In this document: positions 50,173 through 60,926 of the stretch, piece by piece
How the letters are laid out: each line of letters starts with the position of its first letter
How positions within the stretch are numbered: the first letter of the stretch is position 1
DNA from: an uncultured Acidimicrobiaceae bacterium
GTDB lineage: Bacteria > Actinomycetota > Acidimicrobiia > Acidimicrobiales > Bog-793
DNA length: 64,000 nucleotides
Assembly: GCA_963804265.1 (NCBI GenBank)
Contig: CAWDPZ010000011.1
Span: forward strand, 2,242-66,241
Direction: 5' to 3'
Translations under genes and position numbers: made by a program
The notes under the pieces: model-generated
Seen by the model: only the letters and a program-made list of their open reading frames with translations
Told to the model about the DNA's origin: nothing
The model's database searches: none

Positions 50173-52085
50173 CGGGCCAACCGGCGCCGCAGGCTCACGA
50201 TCTGGCCGAGCCGGCCGGGAGCCGAGCTCGGTCACGAGGGCGACCCGGCATCTGACGGGCGGGGCCGTTTCGACCTCCTCTTCGAGCCCCCTGGCCGAAA
50301 AGTACGGGTTCCTCCGGGCGTGATGCTCTTCGACGCGGCGAGCTGGAACGGCATCGCCATCGACTCGACCTGCGGGGGACACGGCACCTGCCGCAAGTGC
50401 AAGGTCAAGATCCTCGACTCGGCCACGCCGATATCGCCCCTCGACACCCGGGCGTTCTCGGTCGACGAGCTCCGCGACGGCTGGCGGCTCGCGTGCCGCG
50501 TGCAGGTGGCGACCGATCTCCGCGTCGAGGTGCCCCCGCTCGTGACGCGCCCGAAGGCGGCGACGGTCGGCGTCGGGCGCAAGGTGATCCTGCGCCCGGC
50601 GGTCCAGAAGCGGTACGTGGAGCTGACCGAGCCGACGTTGTCAGACCAGACGACCGATCTCGAGCGCCTCTTCTCGAGCTTCGACGACCTGGAGCTGCGA
50701 GTCGACCTGGAGGTCTTGCGAACGCTCGGCGCCGTGCTGCGGGAGAACGACTACAAGGTCACCGCGGTCCTCGTCGACGACGTCCTGGTCGCGGTCGAGC
50801 CCGGCGACACCACAGAGCGCGTCTTCGCGATCGCCTTCGATCTCGGGACGACGACGGTGGTCGCGACCCTGCTCGACCTGTCGACGGGGGCTCCGCTCGC
50901 CGTGCAGTCGATGCTCAACAAGCAGCAGCCTTTCGGGGCGGACGTCATCACCCGTATCAGCACGATCATGACCGACGACCGGGCGCTCGACCGGCTCTGC
51001 CGGCTCGCCCACGAGACGCTGGACGAGCTGGCGCAGGCGGTTTGCGAGGCCGCCGGCGTGCTCCCGTCCGAGGTCTACGAAGTCGCCCTCGCCGGGAACG
51101 CCACCATGACCCACATCGTCCTCGGTATCGACCCGGAGCCCTTGGGAGTGGCGCCTTTCATCATGGCGACGCGGCTGTTCCCCGAGGTCCTCGCGCATCA
51201 CGTCGGCGTGAAGGTGCACGAGCGGGCCCGAGCGGTGATCTTCCCTTCCTTCGGCGCCTATGTCGGCGGCGACATTGTCGCAGGACTTCTCGCCTCGGGC
51301 ATGGACCGCGACTCGCGCATCCGGCTCTTCATCGACGTGGGCACCAACTGCGAGCTCGTGCTCGGCAACACCGACCGCCTTCTCGCGACGGCCGCGCCGG
51401 CCGGGCCGGCCTTCGAGGGCGCGGCGATCCGCTGCGGCATGCGGGCCGCGCCGGGCGCCATCGAGGTGGTGAAGATGACCACCGACGGCTTGGAGCTCGG
51501 CGTCATCGCGCGACGTCGAGCCGGTGGGACTGTGCGGGTCCGGGCTCGTCGACGCCGTCGCCGAGCTCGTCCGGTTGCAGCTCATAGACAGCTCCGGGCG
51601 CTTTGTGCCCGAGGAGGACGCCGCGCAGCTCGCGCCCGGCCTCGCCGTCAGGCTGACCATGGTCGGCAAGGAGCGGGTCTTCGTCCTCCACTGGCGAGGC
51701 GAGGCGGCGAATTCGATCTACCTGTCGCAACGCGACGTCCGCGAGCTCCAGTTCGCCAAGGCTGCCATCGCCGCCGGCTGGAATGTCCTCCTCGAGGAGG
51801 CCGGACTCAAGGCCGAGGACGTGCAGCAGGTCCTGCTCGCCGGCTCGTTCGGCAGCTATCTCTCGCCTGCAAGTGCCGTCAGGCTCGGTCTCGTCCCTGA
51901 CCTGCCGCTGCTGCGGATCGTGAGCGCCGGGAACGTGGCCGGCGAAGGGGCGAAGATGGCGCTGCTTGTCCATGAGAGAGCGCGCCGGGGCCATGGCTCT
52001 GCTCGACGAGGTCGAGTACGTCGAGCTGTCCGACCGGGCCGACTTCAATGACCGCTTTGTCGACCAGCTGCCCTTCCCCGTCTGA
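50169..52085 (+). CDS. RamA-type corrinoid reductive activase (2Fe-2S ferredoxin + ASKHA/DUF4445 domain), three frame breaks (50172-50250, ~51510, ~51968)
   Basis: The ATG at 50169 overlaps the upstream stop (ATGA). Motifs are FEPPGRKVRVPPG...CGGHGTCRKCKV (2Fe-2S), FDLGTTTVV and IDVGTNCELV, then LCGSGLVDAV...LLAGSFGSY in another frame. The tail ends at TGA 52083-52085. Confidence 0.75.
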
Positions 52086-52737
52086 GCCGGGCGGCGCCGC
52101 CCCGCCGGTGGACGCGTCGGTCATCGCCTGCGGCGCGCTCGGGCCGTCGATCCGCCAGATAGCCGCCCGTCGCGGGTGGCCGGTCGAGCTGCACTGCCTG
52201 CCGCCCCTGTTGCACAACCGCCCCCGCGAGATCGCGCCGCGCGTCGAGCTGCTCGCCCGGCGACTTCTGTCGGCGGGCAGATCCGTGGTGCTCGCCTACG
52301 CCGACTGCGGTACCTACGGGGCCCTCGACGGGGTATGCGAACGACTCGGGATCCGCAGGCTCGCCGGACTGCACTGCTATGACGTGTTCGCGGGTGCCGA
52401 CAAGATGCGCGACCTGTTCGACGACGAGCCCGGGACCTATGTCCTCACCGACTTCCTCGTGCGCAGCTTCCGCCGGACCGTCCTGAGCGAGCTGGGCCTC
52501 GACCGGCACCCCGAGCTGTGGGGCGACTACTTCGGCAGCTACACCCGGGTCGTCTGGCTCGCCCAGGATCGCACCCCTGCCCTCGAGGAGGAGGCCAAGG
52601 CCGTGGCCGCCCTCTTCGACCTCCCCCTCACCATTGCCGACGCCGGCGTTGTCCGCCTCGAGGCCGCTCTGTCGGAGCTGCTCGGCCCGGGTCGCGCGAC
52701 CCGGCAGGCCAAGCGGGTGCCGGTCAGTCCCCTTTGA
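52048..52737 (+). CDS. DUF1638-domain protein (commonly linked to corrinoid methyltransferase systems)
   Basis: SVIACGALGPSIRQI...LLHNRPREI...YADCGTYGALD...LHCYDVF are typical DUF1638 blocks. An alternative GTG start at 52108 avoids overlap with the corrected activase end. Confidence 0.65.
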   Translation: MTALSTSCPSPSEPGGAAPPVDASVIACGALGPSIRQIAARRGWPVELHCLPPLLHNRPREIAPRVELLARRLLSAGRSVVLAYADCGTYGALDGVCERLGIRRLAGLHCYDVFAGADKMRDLFDDEPGTYVLTDFLVRSFRRTVLSELGLDRHPELWGDYFGSYTRVVWLAQDRTPALEEEAKAVAALFDLPLTIADAGVVRLEAALSELLGPGRATRQAKRVPVSPL

Positions 52738-53458
52738 CGACGGCCGCGAATCGGGCGGCGAACTCCCGCCAGTTGCGGAACAAGCGGTCCTCGGCCGTTC
52801 GCACCTCGGCCACCGCGAGCGCCAGGCGGCGTCGGCGGGAAGCGGGAGCGTCGGCTTCCGCGTCGGCCCAGGCCTGCAGGACCGCAGCGCCGGCCTCGGG
52901 GTGGAACTGCACTCCCCAGGCACGATGTCCGATGCGGTAGGCCTGAACTCTGCAGAGCGCGCTCGAGGCCAGCAGCACGGCTGCGCCGGGAAGCCGGGTG
53001 ATGTCGTCTTCGTGCGCCTGCACGGCCTGTACCGGCGAGGTGACGCCGGCAAAGAGCGGGTCCGCCCGCGCCGCGTCGTTGAGGTCGATCCTGCCCAGCC
53101 CCAGCTCGCCACCTGAGGGGCTCGGCTCCACGAGCCCTCCGCAGGCCGCCGCGAGGAGTTGAGCTCCGAGGCAGATGCCCAGCACGGGCAGCCCGCGGGC
53201 GGTCGTGTCGGCAAGCATCGTCCTCACCCCTACGAGCCAAGGCGCCTTCGCGTCGTCGTGGGCGCCCATCGAGCCGCCGAGGACGAGCAGGCCGTCGTGG
53301 ACGACGGAGTTGGGGATGGCGTCTCCCGCGTAGGGCCGGCAGACGTCGACGTCGACTCCCGAAGCGGCTAGCCACGGCCGGAACATCTCGGGCCCGGCGT
53401 CGCTCTCGTGCTGAACGACGAGCACACGTGCAGAGGTTTTCCCGTCCAAGGCAAGCAT
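52724..53458 (-). CDS. Class-I glutamine amidotransferase-like protein
   Basis: GICLGAQLL (nucleophile Cys) and WGVQFHPE. The ORF is intact. Confidence 0.8.
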   Translation of the reverse strand: MLALDGKTSARVLVVQHESDAGPEMFRPWLAASGVDVDVCRPYAGDAIPNSVVHDGLLVLGGSMGAHDDAKAPWLVGVRTMLADTTARGLPVLGICLGAQLLAAACGGLVEPSPSGGELGLGRIDLNDAARADPLFAGVTSPVQAVQAHEDDITRLPGAAVLLASSALCRVQAYRIGHRAWGVQFHPEAGAAVLQAWADAEADAPASRRRRLALAVAEVRTAEDRLFRNWREFAARFAAVVKGD

Positions 53459-53576
53459 CGTAGGAGCGGGCTCGTCGTCATGCGGTCGCCTTCAGGTCAC
53501 GAGTCCGGCCCGGCGTCGGGCAGACAGCGGCCGACGGCGGTATTTTCGCGAACCACGATCGAGGAGGGGGCCACTC

Positions 53577-54362
53577 ATGGGCGACAGCGAGTCGGACATC
53601 ATCGGGACCGCGGACGATCCTTTGGTCGAGGCCCGGCAGCTCATCGAGAGTGCTTCCAGGGCGGGGCTCCCGCTGCGGCTCCTCGGAGGCTTGGCGGTCC
53701 GCGTCCTCTGCCCCGACTTCCCGCCGCGGCTACGGCGCGATCAGGACATCGACTTCGGCTGCCTCTCCAAGGGCCGCCAGGATGTCGTGTCCTTTCTGGA
53801 GGAGGCCGGCTGCGAGCCGGACCGCCGCTTCAACTCGCTCAACGGCGACCGCCAGATGTACTTCAACGCTCCTTCCGGGCGTCCCATCGACGTCATGGTC
53901 GACCGTCTCGTGATGTGCCACGAGCTCGACTTCCGCCCCAGTTTCGCTGCCCTTCCCCTCACCTTGGACGTCGTCGACCTCCTCCTCACCAAGCTGCAGA
54001 TAATCGAGGTCAACGAGAAGGACGTCCGGGACATCTTGCAGCTCCTCTCCGCCTTCCCCGTCGCCGGCGACAGCCCGGGCGAGGCGGGTCCCGAGATCGA
54101 CCGGGCGCGCTTTTGCAAGCTCCTCGGAGGCGACTGGGGCTGGTGGCGGACGGTCACGAGCAACCTCAACAAGCTGCCGTTGCTGGTCGGCGAGCACCCC
54201 GATCTCCTGCCCGCCGCGCCTGTGCCCCATGACGCGCTCCGCAGCGCCGAGCGCCTGGTCGATCTCGCCGACGCGACACCGAAGTCAATGCAGTGGAAGA
54301 TCCGCGCGAAGGTCGGGGACCGGGTGCGCTGGTACGAGCTGCCCGAGGAGGTCGCCCACTGA
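53577..54362 (+). CDS. Hypothetical protein, possibly with a nucleotidyltransferase fold
   Basis: An intact 261-aa ORF. LRLLGGLAVRVLCPDFPPRLRRDQDIDFG resembles the G-x-a...D-x-D core of uncharacterised nucleotidyltransferases. This is a weak call. Confidence 0.4.
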   Translation: MGDSESDIIGTADDPLVEARQLIESASRAGLPLRLLGGLAVRVLCPDFPPRLRRDQDIDFGCLSKGRQDVVSFLEEAGCEPDRRFNSLNGDRQMYFNAPSGRPIDVMVDRLVMCHELDFRPSFAALPLTLDVVDLLLTKLQIIEVNEKDVRDILQLLSAFPVAGDSPGEAGPEIDRARFCKLLGGDWGWWRTVTSNLNKLPLLVGEHPDLLPAAPVPHDALRSAERLVDLADATPKSMQWKIRAKVGDRVRWYELPEEVAH

Positions 54363-54494
54363 GGCGAAGCCTTGACGCTGCCTGTTCCCGGTGGTACGCA
54401 TTTCCCGTCACAGTCGGTGACTGGGGCAGGGGGAAGCCGGACCAGAAGGATCGGCCGCCGGTCTATCAGCAGTCCTTGGGGGTGAGGGCGGCAC

Positions 54495-55436
54495 ATGAAG
54501 ATCTTCTTCGCGACCGACATCCACGGTTCGGAGGTGTGCTGGAAGAAGTTCCTCAACTCCGCCGCGTTCTACAAGGCCGACATGGTCATCCTCGGCGGCG
54601 ACGTCACCGGCAAGATCATGGTGCCCGTCATCGTCAGGCCCGGATCGTTCGAGGTCGACCCTGTCGGGTGAGACCCATGTCGTCGAGACCGAGGAAGAGA
54701 TCCGCAACATCGAGCAGAAGATCCGCAACCGCGGCTACTACCCGACGCGGATAACGCCAGACGAGCTCGGTGAGCTGAACGAGGAGGACGGCTCCATCGA
54801 CCGGCGCTTCACGACCGAGATGGTGCACACGTTGGACCGCTGGCTCGACATGGCCGACGCCAAGCTCCGCGGGCGGCGAGATCCCCTGCATCGTCAACGG
54901 CGGGAACGACGACACCTTCGAGATCGACGGTGTCATCGAGGCTTCGCCCTGCGTGACCTTCGCCGAGGGAAAGGTCGTGGATCTCGACGGCTTCTACCTG
55001 GCATCCATGGGGTACACGAACCCGACGCCGTGGGACACCTTCCGCGAGGCGCCGGAGGTGGACCTCGCCAAGAGGATCGAGGAAGTCGTCTGCCAGATCC
55101 CGGACATGGAAAGGGCGATCTTCAACTTCCACGCTCCGCCGTTCGACACCGGTCTCGACGACGCCCCGGCCCTCGACGCGAGCCTGCGCCCGATGCACGG
55201 GGGCGCGGTGATGAAGGCGGTGGGGTCGACGGCCGTCCGCGAGGCGATATCTGACCCACCAGCCGATGCTCTCGGTGCACGGGCACATCCACGAGAGCCG
55301 CGGCATCAAAAAGCTCGGGCGGACGCTCGCCATCAACCCGGGCAGCGTCTACACCGACGGCGTCCTGCAGGGCGCTGTCATCGACCTGAACGAGAAGAAG
55401 GGAAAGGTGACGAGGCACATCCTCGTCAACGGCTGA
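54495..55436 (+). CDS. Calcineurin-like metallophosphoesterase, three frame breaks (~54659, ~54874, ~55256)
   Basis: MKIFFATDIHGSE and ILGGDVTGK are in frame 0. CIVNGGNDD, NFHAPP and SVHGHIHES follow in successive frames. The first fragment is too short to appear in the ORF track. Confidence 0.7.
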
Positions 55437-55499
55437 GGCGGGGCACGTCCTCGTCACGAGGCTGAACAGGGATATTCGCTCGAATCAAGGAGGGGGGAC

Positions 55500-57146
55500 A
55501 TGGCGACCGTAGAGGAGGCGGCGGGGGCCGTAGGGGGCAAGGCGGCAGGGTCGGAGGCACCGACGCTGTTCCTGCGAAAGGCGACGGGGCTGGTGCGGGG
55601 GTGGTCGGTGCGGGACGCCATCGTCTACGCCTGCCTGTCGACGAACATCATCACGCTCGGTATCTACGAGTTCTCGTTCAACTCGTTCATCCCGAAGGGC
55701 CAGCTGCTCACCGCCGTCCTCATATCTGGAGTCTGGGTGAGCTTCCTCGTCATCGCCTACACGGGCCTCGTCGTGACGATCCCCCGCGCCGGCGGCGACT
55801 ACGTCTGGCAGAGCCGTATTCTCGCCGGCCCGGTCGGGTTCGTGTTCGCGGCGACAGGCTGGTGGTTCATATTGTGGCTGTGGGCGCCGATCTACGGCTC
55901 GGTGCTCAACGTCGAGCTGATCCAGCCGGTGCTGTACACGCTCAACGCGAAGGGAGCCGCCAGCTATTTCGGCACCCACAACGGCACTTTCACCATCTGC
56001 CTCATCACCATCGCCCTCGCCGGCGTGCTCGTCTCGCTCGGCATGAACGGCTACGCCCGCATCCAGAAGTGGTGCTTCGCCGGGGGCATGGTCGGCTTCC
56101 TCGTCATCGTCGTTCTCCTGCTGGCGTACTCGCACGGGAGCTTCGTGAGCTCGGTGAACGCCGAGGCTCACAAGATCTTCGGCGTGTCGAATGCCTACGG
56201 GACGACGCAGGCCTCGGCGGCGAAGATCGGCTACTCGACGCCGGGCTTCGGCCTGAACTCATTCGGGGCGAGCATGCTCCTCGTCCCGATGCTGATGTTC
56301 TACCTGCTCTGGCCGAACTGGGGCACCACCCTCTACGGCGAGGTGCGCGGCGCGAGCGACTTCAAGCGTGTCTTCACCGGCATGTTCAGCGGACTGTGGC
56401 TGACCGTGATCCTCTCGGTCGTGTTCCTGCTGCTGGTGGACAAGACCTTCGGCTGGAGCTTCTACAACAACGCCAACGCGACGTTCTGGGCGGGGAAGGG
56501 CTCGATCCCCATCTGGCCGTACCCGGCGATGCTGGCCGCGTGGCTGGTGCACAACGAAGCCTTCCAGGTCATCTTGCTACTCGTCATGAGCCTGTGGTTC
56601 TTCGGTTGGGTGGGCTCTTTGTTCCTGTCCTCGACAAGGGTGATCTTCGCGGCCGCATTCGACCGTGTGCTCCCGGACTCGGCGGCCACCGTCTCGGAGA
56701 AGCGCAAGGTGCCGATGGCTTCGCTGGTGCTGATGCTGCTACCGGCTGCCGGCCTGAGCGCCGTCTATGCGTACTGGATCAAGTTCCAGACCTACACCCT
56801 CGACGCGACGCTCGTCATCGCGGTGACCTACCTCGTGAGCGCGTTCGCCGTCGTCATCCTGCCGTGGCGAAAGCCCGAGCTGTGGAAGGCGTCGGCGGCG
56901 AGCAAGTTCAAGATCTTCGGGGTGCCGATCGTGCCGGTCGCCGGCCTCGTGACGATGGGTCTCATCATCTACAACCTGTACGAGTGGCTGTCCAACAGCG
57001 CCTACGGCGTCAACAACCACGGCTCGCTCGTCTTCATGGCCCTTCTCTACGCCCTGGCGATCGTCGTCTACGTGGCGGCCCGTCTGATCCGAAAGCGCCA
57101 GGGCATCGACCTCGGGCTCATCAACAAGGAGATCCCCGTCGAGTAG
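55500..57146 (+). CDS. APC-superfamily amino-acid/amine permease
   Basis: An intact 548-aa ORF with about 12-14 hydrophobic helices and an IPRAGGDYVW motif. Confidence 0.85.
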   Translation: MATVEEAAGAVGGKAAGSEAPTLFLRKATGLVRGWSVRDAIVYACLSTNIITLGIYEFSFNSFIPKGQLLTAVLISGVWVSFLVIAYTGLVVTIPRAGGDYVWQSRILAGPVGFVFAATGWWFILWLWAPIYGSVLNVELIQPVLYTLNAKGAASYFGTHNGTFTICLITIALAGVLVSLGMNGYARIQKWCFAGGMVGFLVIVVLLLAYSHGSFVSSVNAEAHKIFGVSNAYGTTQASAAKIGYSTPGFGLNSFGASMLLVPMLMFYLLWPNWGTTLYGEVRGASDFKRVFTGMFSGLWLTVILSVVFLLLVDKTFGWSFYNNANATFWAGKGSIPIWPYPAMLAAWLVHNEAFQVILLLVMSLWFFGWVGSLFLSSTRVIFAAAFDRVLPDSAATVSEKRKVPMASLVLMLLPAAGLSAVYAYWIKFQTYTLDATLVIAVTYLVSAFAVVILPWRKPELWKASAASKFKIFGVPIVPVAGLVTMGLIIYNLYEWLSNSAYGVNNHGSLVFMALLYALAIVVYVAARLIRKRQGIDLGLINKEIPVE

Positions 57147-57230
57147 TCGGTCTCCTCGCTCGGCGTCCGCCGGCAGTCTGCGGACCCCGAGCCTCTCGGA
57201 TGGGATTTGACCAGCTGGGGGACACAGCAA

Positions 57231-57263
57231 GGGCGACCGGCTCGTTCGTCGATCCGGTCGCCC
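57231..57263. terminator. Perfect 10-bp stem hairpin between convergent permease and amt genes
   Basis: GGGCGACCGG-13 nt loop-CCGGTCGCCC, followed by TTGGCTATTGG. There is no clean T-run. Confidence 0.4.
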
Positions 57264-57293
57264 TTGGCTATTGGAGTGCTTCGAGGCGTCAGC

Positions 57294-58514
57294 TCAGGTG
57301 AAGACGTAGGCGTCCGGCTCTTCGAGCTCGGTGTCCAGTCCCGCGAGCTCGACGGCGTCGGGCACCCGGACGGGCTCGAAGTGGTCGAGGACCTTGAGGA
57401 TGATCCAGGTGAGGACGAAGGCGTAGACGGCCACCAGCAACGCCGCGGCCACCTGCTTGCCGAAGAGAGCAGGGTGACCGGCGACGAGGCCGTTGCTGCC
57501 GGCCGAGTTGACCGACTCGTAGGCGAACACCCCGACGAGGATGGAGCCGAGAAGCCCGCCGACTCCGTGTGCTGCCCAGACGTCGAGGGCGTCGTCCCAG
57601 TGCTGGTGTCGGACGAGGGCCACGGCCGAGTAGCAGATCGACCCCGCCAGCAGGCCGATGGCGAACGACGCCCAGGTGGGCACGAAACCGGCGCACGGTG
57701 TGACGCAGGCCAGGCCGGCGACCGCCCCCGTGAAGGCCCCTACGATGCTCGGCTTGCCCGAGCGCCACCATGAGATCGCGAGCCAGGTGCACATCGCGAC
57801 CGAGGCCGCGATGTCCGTGTTGACGAAGGCGATCGCGGCCACGCCGTTGGCGGCCAGGGCCGAGCCGCCATTGAAGCCGAACCAGCCGAACCACAAAAGG
57901 CCTGTGCCGAGACCGACGAAGGCGACGTTGTGCGGGACCATCTTCTCGCCGGGGGCGAACTTGCGGGAGCCGACCACCCATACCGAGGCGAGGGCCGCGA
58001 AACCGGCGCTCGTGTGCACGACCATGCCGCCGGCGAAGTCCTCCACGCCCCACTTCATGAGGAAGCCGCCGCCCCAGATCCAGTGCACGATCGGCACGTA
58101 GACGAGCAGGCTCCATATGACGAGGAACTTGAGATAGCTCTTGAAGTTGATGCGGTCGGCGAAAGCTCCCGTGATGAGCGCCGGGGTGATGATCGCGAAC
58201 ATCTCCTGGAAGATGAAGTGCGCGAGCGCCGGGATGTGCGGGGCGTACGGGCCCGGTTTCACGCCGACGCTGTGCAGTCCCGCCCACGAGAGATTGCCGA
58301 TCACACCGCCGAGGTTCCCGGAGAAAGCCAGCGAGTAGCCGACCAGCACCCAGAGCACCGTGACGACGCCCATCGAGATGAAGCTCTGCAGCATGATGGT
58401 GAGGAAGTTCTTCCTGCGCACCAGCCCGCCATAGAAGAAGGCCAGGCCCGGAGTCATCACCATGACGAGAGCGGCGCTTACGAGTACGAAACCGGTGTCA
58501 CCGTCGTTGATCAC
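57294..58514 (-). CDS. amt: Ammonium transporter (Amt family)
   Basis: DFAGGMVVHTSAGFAALA, WFGWFGFNGGS and VHGVGGLLGS. The ORF is intact. Confidence 0.92.
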   Translation of the reverse strand: MINDGDTGFVLVSAALVMVMTPGLAFFYGGLVRRKNFLTIMLQSFISMGVVTVLWVLVGYSLAFSGNLGGVIGNLSWAGLHSVGVKPGPYAPHIPALAHFIFQEMFAIITPALITGAFADRINFKSYLKFLVIWSLLVYVPIVHWIWGGGFLMKWGVEDFAGGMVVHTSAGFAALASVWVVGSRKFAPGEKMVPHNVAFVGLGTGLLWFGWFGFNGGSALAANGVAAIAFVNTDIAASVAMCTWLAISWWRSGKPSIVGAFTGAVAGLACVTPCAGFVPTWASFAIGLLAGSICYSAVALVRHQHWDDALDVWAAHGVGGLLGSILVGVFAYESVNSAGSNGLVAGHPALFGKQVAAALLVAVYAFVLTWIILKVLDHFEPVRVPDAVELAGLDTELEEPDAYVFT

Positions 58515-58551
58515 CCGGGCCTCCTTTTAGACCATCGAGCGCCCTACAGCC

Positions 58552-59046
58552 TCACCGTGCGCGAAACCTATTATGACGTCTGACGACGCGCGGAACGCAA
58601 TTCGGTTCGGCCGTCCTCACGCGCGGCCGTGCGAATGGGCACGGTGAACAGGGAGCGCGACGCACCGGCCGGTCACGAACCTGATGGAGCCCGAGCGGGC
58701 GTCCGGTGGCCGGGTTCAGCCCGTGGCTGCGGCACCAGGTGCCGAAGGCCTTGTAGCGGTACGGCGGAGCGTTGCGCCACGAGACCTTGAACCCGACACG
58801 GTCGCTCAGGGCCTGGAACATGAGATGCATGCAGATGGCAGCGAAGGCCAGGCTGGCGAAGCCGAACCCGGCCACCGCGTAGGCGGCCAACCTGGACCAA
58901 CCCTGGCCCACGAGGAAGAGGATCAGCCAGACGGGCGCGGACCAGATCCCTATCGTCGTCGACGGCCCGGTGAGCAGGTGAAGACGCGCCGCCTTGCGCC
59001 CGATCCGGGGCGACCACCTCGCAAGGAAGGGGGCTCTTGAGGGCAT
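58552..59046 (-). CDS. Hypothetical small membrane protein (weak call; the C-terminal Arg-rich tail may be out of frame)
   Basis: Part of ORF 58552..59172. It has two hydrophobic segments (WSAPVWLILFLVGQGW, AAYAVAGFGFASLAFAAICMHL). I did not recognise a family. Confidence 0.3.
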   Translation of the reverse strand: MPSRAPFLARWSPRIGRKAARLHLLTGPSTTIGIWSAPVWLILFLVGQGWSRLAAYAVAGFGFASLAFAAICMHLMFQALSDRVGFKVSWRNAPPYRYKAFGTWCRSHGLNPATGRPLGLHQVRDRPVRRAPCSPCPFARPRVRTAEPNCVPRVVRRHNRFRAR

Positions 59047-59216
59047 TCGTCTACTTCCTGAGAGGACCTCGGGCCTAAGCAGCATCGAGGAGGCCCTCGT
59101 CGGGCCCCCGCGGCGCAGGTGAAGCTCAGCACGATTTTGCCATGTCCGGCAAGGGGTGAACACAGGTAACATCCGCGGGACTTCCGGGTTCAGGGGGCCG
59201 AAGGAGGTGCGCAGCG

Positions 59217-60869
59217 TTGCGGGATCGGTACGACTTCATCATCGTCGGGGGCGGTTCGGCAGGTTGTGCCCTCGCCAACCGGCTCACGGCGCACGAATCC
59301 AACCAGGTTCTCGTCCTCGAGGCCGGTCGCCCCGACTACCGCTGGGACCTGCTCGTTCACATGCCTGCGGCGCTCACCATGCCGATCGGCAACCGCCTCT
59401 ACGACTGGAAGTACGAGTCAGAGCCGGAGCCGCACATGGGCGGCCGGCGGATCTATCACGCCCGGGGGAGGATCCTCGGGGGCTCGAGCAGCATCAACGG
59501 GATGATCTTCCAGCGCGGCAACCCGCTCGATTACGAGCGGTGGGCGGCCGACCCGGGGATGGGGGAGTGGGACTACGCGCACTGCCTGCCGTACTTCAAG
59601 CGTATGGAGACCTGCCTCGCCGGCGCCGACGACTACAGGGGGGGCGACGGGCCTCTCCTGCTGGAGCGGGGGCCGGCCACGAACCCGCTCTTCCGGGCGT
59701 TCTTCGAGGCGGTGCAGCAAGCCGGCTACGAGCTCACGAGCGACGTGAACGGCTACCGCCAGGAGGGCTTCGCCGCTTTCGACAGGACCATCAATCGGGG
59801 CAGGCGCTGGAGCGCAGCCCGTGCCTATCTGCACCCGGTGATGTCGCGGCCGAACCTCGACGTCGTCTGCCGGAGCTTCGTCTCGCGGATCGTCTTTGCA
59901 AGGCGGCGGGCGGTCGGCGTCGAGCTGGGGGCACCGGGAGGTCGCGTCGTGCGGGCGGGAGAGGTCATCTTGTGCGGGGGCGCCTTCAATTCGCCCCAGC
60001 TCCTGCAGCTCTCGGGCGTGGGCAATGCCCGTGAGCTCGAGGCCCTGGGCGCAGAGGTGGTGCTGGACCTTCCCGGCGTCGGTGAGAACCTCCAGGACCA
60101 CCTCGAGGTCTACATCCAGCACTCGTGCACCAAGCCGGTCTCGCTCGCGCCTGCGCTCAAGTGGCGCAACCGGCCGTGGATCGGCTTGCAATGGTTGTTG
60201 CGCAGGGGCCCGGGGGCGACGAACCACTTCGAGGCAGGCGGCTTCGCCCGGAGCAACGACGATGTCCGCTACCCGAATCTGATGTTCCACTTCCTCCCGA
60301 TCGCCGTCCGTTACGACGGCTCGGCTCCGGCCGGCGGCCACGGCTACCAGGTTCACATCGGCCCGATGTACTCGGATTCGAGGGGGTCCGTGAAGATCAC
60401 CTCGCTCGATGCGAGGGTCCACCCGGCGTTGCGCTTCAACTATCTGTCCACCGACCAGGACCGCAGCGAGTGGGTCGAAGCGGTCCACGTGGCCCGGAAC
60501 ATCCTTCAACAGAGCGCCTTTGCCGAGTTCGAGGGCGGGGAGATCTCGCCCGGGCCGAGCGTCTCGAGCGACAGCGAGATCCTCGACTGGGTCGGACGCG
60601 ACGGCGAGACGGCGCTCCATCCTTCGTGCACCTGCAAGATGGGGACAGATGAGCTGTCCGTGGTCGACCCCTCCACCATGTCGGTTCACGGCCTCGAAGG
60701 GCTTCGCGTCGTCGACGCGTCCGTCATGCCGTACGTCACCAACGGCAACATCTACGCACCCGTGATGATGGTGGCCGAGAAGGCGGCCGACCTCATCTTG
60801 GGCAACACGCCGCTCGCTCCGGCCACGGTCGGCTTCTACCGTCGCGACACCGCCGGAGGCCCCTCTTAG
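59217..60869 (+). CDS. betA: GMC-family oxidoreductase, choline dehydrogenase-like
   Basis: The TTG start follows GGAGG. Motifs are [27 protein letters not shown], a C-terminal HPSCTCKMG and DASVMP. The ORF is intact. Confidence 0.8.
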   Translation: MRDRYDFIIVGGGSAGCALANRLTAHESNQVLVLEAGRPDYRWDLLVHMPAALTMPIGNRLYDWKYESEPEPHMGGRRIYHARGRILGGSSSINGMIFQRGNPLDYERWAADPGMGEWDYAHCLPYFKRMETCLAGADDYRGGDGPLLLERGPATNPLFRAFFEAVQQAGYELTSDVNGYRQEGFAAFDRTINRGRRWSAARAYLHPVMSRPNLDVVCRSFVSRIVFARRRAVGVELGAPGGRVVRAGEVILCGGAFNSPQLLQLSGVGNARELEALGAEVVLDLPGVGENLQDHLEVYIQHSCTKPVSLAPALKWRNRPWIGLQWLLRRGPGATNHFEAGGFARSNDDVRYPNLMFHFLPIAVRYDGSAPAGGHGYQVHIGPMYSDSRGSVKITSLDARVHPALRFNYLSTDQDRSEWVEAVHVARNILQQSAFAEFEGGEISPGPSVSSDSEILDWVGRDGETALHPSCTCKMGTDELSVVDPSTMSVHGLEGLRVVDASVMPYVTNGNIYAPVMMVAEKAADLILGNTPLAPATVGFYRRDTAGGPS

Positions 60870-60926
60870 GGCCCGTCCCGCCCGTTGGGCCGCCCCGGCC
60901 GGGCCGACCCGCCCGGCTGTGCGGTT

